DNA of 57,519 nt, counting the filler, from Sphacelaria rigidula (lineage: Eukaryota), in NCBI GenBank assembly GCA_964200075.2. It is 7 parts of 7 records of this genome, joined end to end, with 100 filler letters (N's around TTAATTAATTAA, not from the genome) between each part and the next. Parts side by side here need not be neighbours in the genome. Positions count along the whole stretch, not along the records: positions 49,389 to 57,519 come from CAXNAA020012190.1; 6 more parts are not named here. One strand, 5' to 3'. The position numbers and the translations under genes were made by a program. The notes beneath the pieces were generated by a model. The model was given only the letters and a program-made list of their open reading frames with translations, made no database searches and was not told the origin of the DNA. Below are positions 49,389 through 57,519 of the stretch, piece by piece. The number at the start of each line of letters is the position of its first letter. The first letter of the stretch is position 1.

Positions 49389-49522
49389 GAAAAATCTTAG
49401 CAGCAAGCAGACCAGCCTCAATGCGCGGCGCCAAACAGATCGCGGCTGTTCGCGCTTGGTGGTTAATTGCGAGCCTGGTCCGGCGAAAACCCGGCGTGCT
49501 CCGTCCCGGCTTTGTAGGGATG
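49389..49522 (-). repeat. Copy of the CATCCCTAC-family repeat at the contig edge
   Basis: Reverse complement CATCCCTACAAAGCCGGGACGGAGCACGCCGGGTTTTCGCCGGACCAGGCTC matches 1209-1260. Confidence 0.85.
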
Positions 49523-50604
49523 CGAGATCAATGATCTGATGACTATGACATGCAAAATCACGAGTACATCTCCCTCCCCTAAGAAAAGAAGACCCGACCG
49601 ATTCAACGAACTGAATCAAACATACAAAATACGGGTGCGTATGTGTAGCAAATTTCTGAAGGTACGTGCTCAAAGAAATCATACTGGATTCCACAGCCTG
49701 GAGCGCAAAAAATAGCGATGGATGTCCCTTTATAATAATTTACATCATATATTGATATCTGTACAACCCCGAAATTATTCTCCACCCTGCCCTTCCAGGC
49801 ATGATCGCAGATATAACTCACGCTCTATGAAGCACAGGGCGAACGACGTTTTGCATGCGATTGACACTTACTATCAGCCATAGTTTGAGGCCAACGTTAT
49901 GCTCATGACCCTCATCAATAGTGCGATAGTTGCCGGTAGTGTTTTTGACTTCACCTCTGGTCACTAATTTACGGCAAGCATAAATCACAGTAGTTCCGAA
50001 ACGCATCTTTAGTGTTCCAGTAGACTACGTAGCGCCGGAAATTTCTGCGTTTGACATCAACACAGCGGTATCACGCACGTGGCTGCCTAGGCGCAGTTTT
50101 CACTAACGTCAAGTCTGTTGGGGTTTCGAGTCATTTTCCCTCGACAAGTCGTCGGACTTCAACCCAAGGTGTCTATCTGACGAGATTTGAATGAACTGCT
50201 AAACCTTTTCCGATAGAATGTCGATGATCTTGAGGTAATGATTTTGACGTTGGGAACATGGAAAGGAAGCGATGCGATGTGAGAGTAGAGGCCTCTCGCG
50301 ACGCCACAGGGCTGGTCCGCGCGCGGGGGCGATGAAGACCATCACAACGACAAACCCCGCTTTCCACCCGTCTCACACCCCCTCGTTTTGCTCCAACACG
50401 TCGATATTACTTTGCTGTTGACAAGCGAACGCAATATTTTTTTCATTTGTATCCACATTCGGCCATGCTCGTTGCGCGCTGAAGTTTGTCCAGGAAAAAC
50501 GAGGTCAACCATTCAGGGTCCAGCTCAAAAACTCGCGATACTCATCATCATTCTACTCTATATTTACTGCGGGTCTGAATATATCCATCGCATTTCGTTG
50601 TCTG

Positions 50605-50943
50605 CGTGTTTGTGTGTTGTCGTCCCATCTATTCTGGACGCCTGGTCTGCCTTTCGGTATATGTGGGCACATCAGCCGGGGTCACACAGGAGGTTTCCTC
50701 TTTTATTTGTTTTTAGTACCCTACCTTCCTTCTGCGGTGCTTGCCTTTACTTTTACCGCGAGAAGGGTTCAGCAGTCCCTTTCCCTCGTCGACGGTTGAG
50801 TAGAATTTTGTGTACCCACGACATAGTCGCTCTCCACTGTGGGGCACGGTGTGTGAAAAAATCCCAGATCGCTCCGAGAATGGAACCCACGACCCAACCG
50901 ACAGAGGGTTTCGAGGTTACCAACTGAGCGACCGGGGCTACCG
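50605..50943 (-). mobile_element. tRNA-derived SINE, second copy
   Basis: Colinear with 3985-4380; A-box-like TCGCTCAGTTGG and degenerate B-box GGTTCCATTC. Confidence 0.8.
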
Positions 50944-51932
50944 TCTTTTTTGTCTGAATCATACTAACAGCAACAGTCGTAGGTGCTCGCTAGCGTGCTC
51001 TCCACAAGTTTCTTTCAAGTCGGAGCCCAGGCACCTCCCACACACACAGTTTGCGTAGGCACTCTCTGTACTCCCCTTCCTTGCTCGAGGGTTCCCGGTT
51101 TGCTCTGGGTTGGGGTTAAGTCAGGGTTGGAGTTAATCCTCGACTGGACCAATCGCATCTGAACCATATAGATTTCAGATTCGGCGACAGGTTGGAGTTT
51201 ACGTACGTGACACGAAGCCTTGTTCTCTTCGGGGGGTATTGAAGATATGACACGCAAGCCATGGACATGGGCGAAGCCTTGTTCTCTTCACGGGTGGGAG
51301 AGGATCGAAGACGTAACGCAAATCATGGACATACGGAAGCACCATTGAATTATTCCAACCGGCGGGGGCGGCAAAAAATGTTGTGAAACCGTTGCAAAGT
51401 GGTCAATGTAGGGGCGATCTGTGTCACTTTGGTCACAGATAGGTGAAAATGTTGAAAGCCATCGTGTTGCCGTCACACCCCCACGAACACAACTTCGTCC
51501 AACTTCCCTCAACTTCGACTTGATACTGTCTGTACTACAGTACTGTCCAGTTGTTACACTGTACATTCAACGACGGTCCAGGTGTTGGATCTTGAATCTT
51601 TACGAATCTTGAATCTTGGATTCCACAACACATCACTGGTGATTCATCAGCAGTACACTTGTGTCTCCGCTTGTACTTCTGTGAGGTACAAGCACGAGAC
51701 AAAATGACAGCAGCTCGAGGGCCTCACCCCATCCGAGTAAACAGGGAGAAACCGAGCTGCAGCGGTTGCAATACATCCGGAAACCTAGCTGCAATACTAC
51801 ACGTCTTTTGAATGCCGACCTTGGGCAGCAAAGGCGGGTCCATATGATATGTCCTACGTACTCCTCTTGTACGCACCGCACAAAATATACTGCTGTAGAT
51901 ATTGTTGTTGTACACGCGAGTAACCGACTTAC

Positions 51933-52152
51933 CCTGCATGCTCTGAGGACCACCACCGAAATCGCCAAGCACAAAGAATGGAATCGACTCCTCATCCGCC
52001 ACCGTCGCTTGAGATAACTCATTCACTCCGACACCACCTACCACTATAGCTGCAGCGGGATGAGCATGATCAACTGCGCCACCAAGAACAATCGCAACCG
52101 TTATACATCGCCATCTGCGAACCCTGCCGCTCACCATGAGCCAAAAGTACAC
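51933..52152 (-). CDS. Probable exon of a calcineurin-like metallophosphoesterase (purple/tartrate-resistant acid phosphatase-like), N-terminal part
   Basis: Branch point TACTAAC, acceptor aaatag|GTG, donor CAGG|gtaagt; ATG at 52137, hydrophobic leader, then FFVLGDFG (motif-I DxG); downstream exons not found. Confidence 0.5.
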
Positions 52153-55100
52153 CTATTTACAGAGAACAGTTAGTAGCAGACCGTAGAGGAGTCCTATGCT
52201 GTACTGACTGCACTATATTATGCGATTGTGCAGTACAGTCAGTGAGGGCCGTCTAAGGCCTCGCTGCATCAACAAGCATCAGACTCACCCTGGAAATGTG
52301 AGTTACAGGTCGTCTACAGTACTACTCAGTGTAGATTTCATAATTCAGTCTGGGACAACTCGAATATTTCGGGTGACTCTTTTTACTTCAAATTTAATTC
52401 ATGCGTGACGCGTATGAAACCGTCAGTAAAACGCAGTCTAAAAAATTGACCGGTCGTTTTGTTCACCCGAGCCGTTTCCCGCGTCCCCACGATCAACATC
52501 CATTTTCTCGAGCTGTAGGATACTTACTGTTGTTCACGAATATAGGCGTGACCGAAGGGCATTCACCTACACTACGGAGGAAATTCCCTTTATAGATTTC
52601 AGGATGGTAATGCCGCGAGAAAGACAACAGGCAGCCATGTGTGCATCCTTGCCGTTCAAGACTGCGAAGCGGTACTGAACTGTATGACATAGTACTTGTA
52701 CTGACGACAGTAACGCAAACTAATCTCAACTTGAAAAACCGGTATCTCGAGTTGTAGGTTGCCCTTGACTGTCTGTGCCCATGCAATCAAACCATGTTCT
52801 CGCATGCGCAAATCTCTCACCAGTCACTTATGAAGAAACGACAGAAAAAAAGACCACTTAGAGTGTGCAAGTTCTTGTGGGTAGGGATACGGGCTGGCAC
52901 ACAGGCCATTTATGCTATACTACACAGTGCCCGTAGCTGCACGACGAAAATCTCCATGAACGAAACGCTAACAATCTACATCATGACATTCAGGCAAGTT
53001 GCGGGCACAGGGCACGCTTGGTAGGTTGGTTATGTGCATCATCCGTTCATTGTGGAGCAGTTTGAGAGAAGTGCCGATTTGTACTACGTATTCATCGTGC
53101 TGTGCGGTTTGCACGAAGTTTCGCGCAGAAAGATCTGGCTGGTGCGCTGTCAAATGTGGACTCTTATCCACAGACGCTAGGAAGGCGGTGAAGTGCAACA
53201 TATAGCAGAGGCATGCGATTCTGTGCAGACAGTTGTGGGATGGTCTCGCCAACAACTTTTACGCGCGGGATGTACTGCACATTCTCATGCACTGGCGCTG
53301 CAATCTTTGATCCCCAAAATGTTGCATTTCTATCTGTTTTTGTAGCGGCCTTCTCTCGCGAACCAGCTGGGTTGCGTTGTGCGCGGACTATTTTCAAGAT
53401 GGTGCTTGAAATACCTGACCCACTCAGCACTTGGAGGTATGTCCGCATCGACCCGTAATAATATTTCAATTTTGCCATCTCGTGGGGTATTTCTTGACGG
53501 TTAGCTTTTTTTTGGCAAGCAACCCCTACTGTATCAGAGTACAGTCTGTACAGCTGAAAATATACTAGGACCCTACAGCTATCGGGTAATATGTCGGGCG
53601 CGAACAACAATCAGATGCGAGAGCTAGCCGGCCTTGTGGACAATCTATATCTCAGCTCCAAGAACCGCAGGATGATGCTAGATGCCCCACCCACACCTCA
53701 GAGGCTCCGGATGAGGAAGGTGTGTCTGTATGTTTGTCTTGAGCACTGACATGCACGTAACGTCCAGACAAGAACCCTCAAAAGGTTGGGCGCCGCTAGG
53801 GCCCCCTGCACGTAAAACTGTTTGTACAGTACAGTATAAGGAAGTATCTGCATGAGGAAGTATCTACAGTGGGCGTAGAGCTTGCTGCCCCCCTCTGCTG
53901 CTGTTGTGCTGACTTGCTCCGGGCAGGCTGGTGTCCCGTCGAGATGAGTAAATATCGACGGTGACCGTGAGCTTCTCCAAGTTAGACCTTTGTAGCGGTT
54001 ATTATATGTATGCGCTAACTCTTCAGCTAAGGCTCTGCAACAGGGAAAATCCCATGACTGGCGATATTTCGCACCCTTCGACCGAGTAGACCTGCACGGC
54101 TATATGCATGGATACCCATAAACGCGGCGCGTTTCCCCTTCATATCCAGTAATATAGAGTACATTGTCGCACTTAACCCGTAAAAGAAAGATCATGGAGG
54201 TACGCACAGACTTGGTGGATCTTCCGTTGTCGCGTGCCTCATCTACGTTCGAGGGGCAGGCATTCGCGTAAGGTGCCCCGCTCTCATGTACCACAACACG
54301 CCATAAATTGATGTGCCGTTGCATGTGCTCTTCCGCTGACTGCGTCAACCTGCAGTTGGCACCCCCCCCAATGCAGCACACTATGAATTGGTGGATCATC
54401 AACACATACTGCGCGTGCGTCGTGAACTATCCTCTACTGGAGTTCGAGGTTTTCTCTTGAGAGCTCAACCCAGTGCGGACACGCTGACGCTGACGCCATT
54501 CATGTTACGCCCTTTGCAGCTACCCTACCGGGTACTTGGCCCATATATTGCGCTGTACCGGACTTGAACCAATATGCTGCACTTTCTGTGTACCCTGTAC
54601 AATGCTTCACCTTTTTCTGTAACTATTACTGATGTACTGCATGCTTCGTGCTCTCATCCTTGCGCAATCTCTTCCAAGAGTACGAAGAAAAACGACAACT
54701 CTGGTAATTACTTGCTTCTAGTGTGTTTGATTGGTACCGTGCAAGCAAATCGATCTCCTTCCTTTTCAGCATTACACCCGAGGTGTGCGCACCGCAGGTA
54801 CGTGGAACAGTGAAGATATAGCATAGAGACGTCCTCGACCCGCCGCCAACTTTCCCCTCTTTCCAGCGATCAGGCCTCGGGAGTCGTGGATTTGGTGATT
54901 TCAACCAGCGATGATTCGTCCGACCCTTGTCTTTTTCATCGATCTCGCGCGATCGAACAGGGGGTCCTGTGGTTGCGCCTCGAAATGCTTCTTATATGAC
55001 GGTCATGCAGGGGTACATTCGAATATCATGTATGAGCGAGGGGGACAGAGAGGATATGAACACGAAAATTCCGAGCTGCACCAGCCAAATGGGGGAACGC

Positions 55101-57519
55101 AAAAATCCTGACATTCCGTCCCCTCACGCAGTCCGGTAGTCCCGCAAAGAATCCCTACTGCGTGCCAGCAAGATGCTTCCACCATCTAGCACGGTGACAC
55201 CGCACTCGAAGACGGTCGTTAAGCTTACATGTATTTCACGACTCATCATGAGCACATTATCTTCAGTACATCCAGTTGCCGTTGATGAATAAAACTACAA
55301 CTGCACATTCGCACCACTGATCTATCGGCGTGTCATTCACGAGTAGCAATCGGATACGAGGGAATATAAACGAGGTCGTTGGCCAAAGCAGAGGAAAGGA
55401 CCATCGGCGGGATAGAATCTGCTTCACGGTTAAGCAGTATTACCGTTTCTCGCTTACTGCAAGAGCTTTTTGCTGGTATCCGGGTGTATGTCTTGTTCCG
55501 TAAAGCCGGTTGTCTCTTTTTTTCTCGGTGCTTCAATTCATTTTAATCGTACTCGTAGACCGTTTGGGATTTTTACATGAGGAGCACTCACATTCTGAAA
55601 TCGAGTGACAAATGTCTGCGCCGACTACTTGCTGAGGCGGGTTCTCTGATTATCTCGGGGGTTCTCTATCCATTATTTATGGGTGGGTACAAGTATCACA
55701 TCTCTGTCGAATATATGGGGAGCCTCGAGTTTGAGATACCCAGACGGCACGGTGCTGTTCTTTTGCATCTAAAAGCAGTGTTGTACAGATCGAAGCCCAG
55801 ATCCGCACAAAAGTTCAGAAATGCGGCGTTTCCCGAGGTGGTCGTTAATCCACCGTATCTGAGCTGACAAAGACGATATGCAACAAGGTAACACAACACG
55901 TACACACCGAGCCCGAAGAACCTCGCACTGACATTAACTACTCACCCGCATTAGCTCTAGTGCAAGCTTTTGCTCATGTACACAGGGTAATGCATGTTTG
56001 ACGGAAATCTGTCCAGAATTAAAGGGAAGGCGGCCCCGTGGGTGTCAAATTGTAACCGCCAATATGCCGTTGCTGACCGTTATTGTGCGTGTGTTGTGCC
56101 TGTGTCTCACCCAAAACATTGCTCTTCATTGAATTCTCTGTAGATTTGAGCAAGGTCACGCACCACGTACGTCCTCAGATGACCAGCAGCTATGGCTCGA
56201 GCTGTGTTTTTTGTTTGTGGGGAATGTGATCCTCATCTGCACGTTTGATTTTGTTGGGTTGTCCGTCAAGCCCTTGCATGTGCCCCTGTCAACGGGATAC
56301 TCATGTTCCCGCACTTTTTTTTCTTTGAGGGGGGGGGGTTGGTATTGCAGCGACAAATTACCGGCCGTTTTTTTCGAAAGTTCTTTTTCTCTACAAAAGT
56401 GATGGTCATCTTGGGTAAGAACCCGCTTGACTACGTCGGCTTCGCGGTCGAACAAGGTTGTCCTTTTGTTTGGATGGCGAAGAACTTGGTACCACCCGTA
56501 GTGTTTGCAATTTTAGGCCTGTGGAGATTAGAATTACAAAGCGCGTGGTGAAAAAAAAGCGGAATCCCAATGCTCCTCTACCCTACAGGATAGCATGCGC
56601 CCGTAGCTTTTGCGTGGTGGATACAAAGCTTTTGCGATGCGCTCCACTCGGGAGTGCGGAGACACGCACTGCGTAAGTGACGATAAATATCTTTGTAGGC
56701 ACACGAGCCGTGAAGGTACGCGTCACCACACTTGACAGCTATTTACGCAAGATTCATAGGGGCACGCATCGCAGACACGATCTTAGTACAACAGAATACG
56801 CAGGTTAAACCAAGTAATTACGACGTTGGATGAATTGTCTACCGGATACACACCAACGGCCAGTCAGGGCATGCGGCGGGATGACTTGTCAAGATACGAG
56901 GGCGGAAAGTTTTTCACCTTAATTTGGAGTTTTTTCCGAACAGTTGGATTTTTTCTCCCATTAAACCCAGAGAACATTTCGACGCTAGATTTTCGCAGAA
57001 ATCTGTGTAGTAGTCTTCAGTTGAACTATTGCCTAACCTGGTCAAGATTTCTGCTGTCATATTTTTCGGAGAAACACCTTTTTTTGTCCCGGAGAATGCG
57101 GAGATTTCGGCAGCAAAATTTACCCGACAATAATACCTCCAACAGAGAAGATCCGCAGAGGGTCCACAGGGTGGAGAGTGCAGATCCAACTATATATATT
57201 TCGGATGCGGGTGCCGCAGGTGTTGCTACTAAGAAACGGTTTACCAAGAAGTCCGGCTTCTAATATTCATTCTTTCAACTGAGTGGCACCGCGATTACCG
57301 CCCTTAGAAAATGGCTGGTTTGAGGAGGCAAACCCTACACGTGAAATATAATGACACAAGCGAAGCACCCCGAGCACTTTGGGTAGTGTTCGCCACGGTC
57401 GATCTATACCCACTCCGTGACGGTTGCGTTTTGGGGGGGGGAGAGGGGGGGGGGAGAGAGCAGGGCCCATTACAGGCGAAAGAGGACACAAGAGGAGAAA
57501 ACCACGACATAAACCACAA

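Noticed and set aside
53164-53610. ORF containing MAKLKYYYGSM, reminiscent of a thymidine kinase N-terminus
   Set aside because: The GKS/T P-loop and later motifs are absent; likely coincidence

Overview
Eukaryotic, repeat-rich DNA, not a contiguous locus. The window is seven unrelated, size-sorted contigs (8132, 8132, then 5 x 8131 bp) joined by an artificial 100-bp spacer (44 N + TTAATTAATTAA + 44 N). The short exons, long repeat-filled GT-AG introns and the transposon repertoire suggest a stramenopile, probably a brown alga (inference). Host-gene content is small: three spliceable exons of a WCGPC thioredoxin fused to p97/Cdc48-binding-like motifs, two 3' exons of an unknown low-complexity protein, and one exon of a probable metallophosphoesterase. 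The rest is decayed mobile DNA: RTE-type LINEs, three fragments of one Ty3/Gypsy family, a chromodomain Ty3/Gypsy pol, a Sola2-like transposase gene, an Academ-like (DDE + XPG/PIN + Cys-rich) transposon, tRNA-derived SINEs, MITE/foldback elements and a 2-kb run of hairpins. The most interesting signal is in two diverged Gypsy copies: both keep an in-frame UGA between gag and pol, followed by a conserved pseudoknot-forming sequence, which is a candidate programmed stop-codon readthrough cassette.
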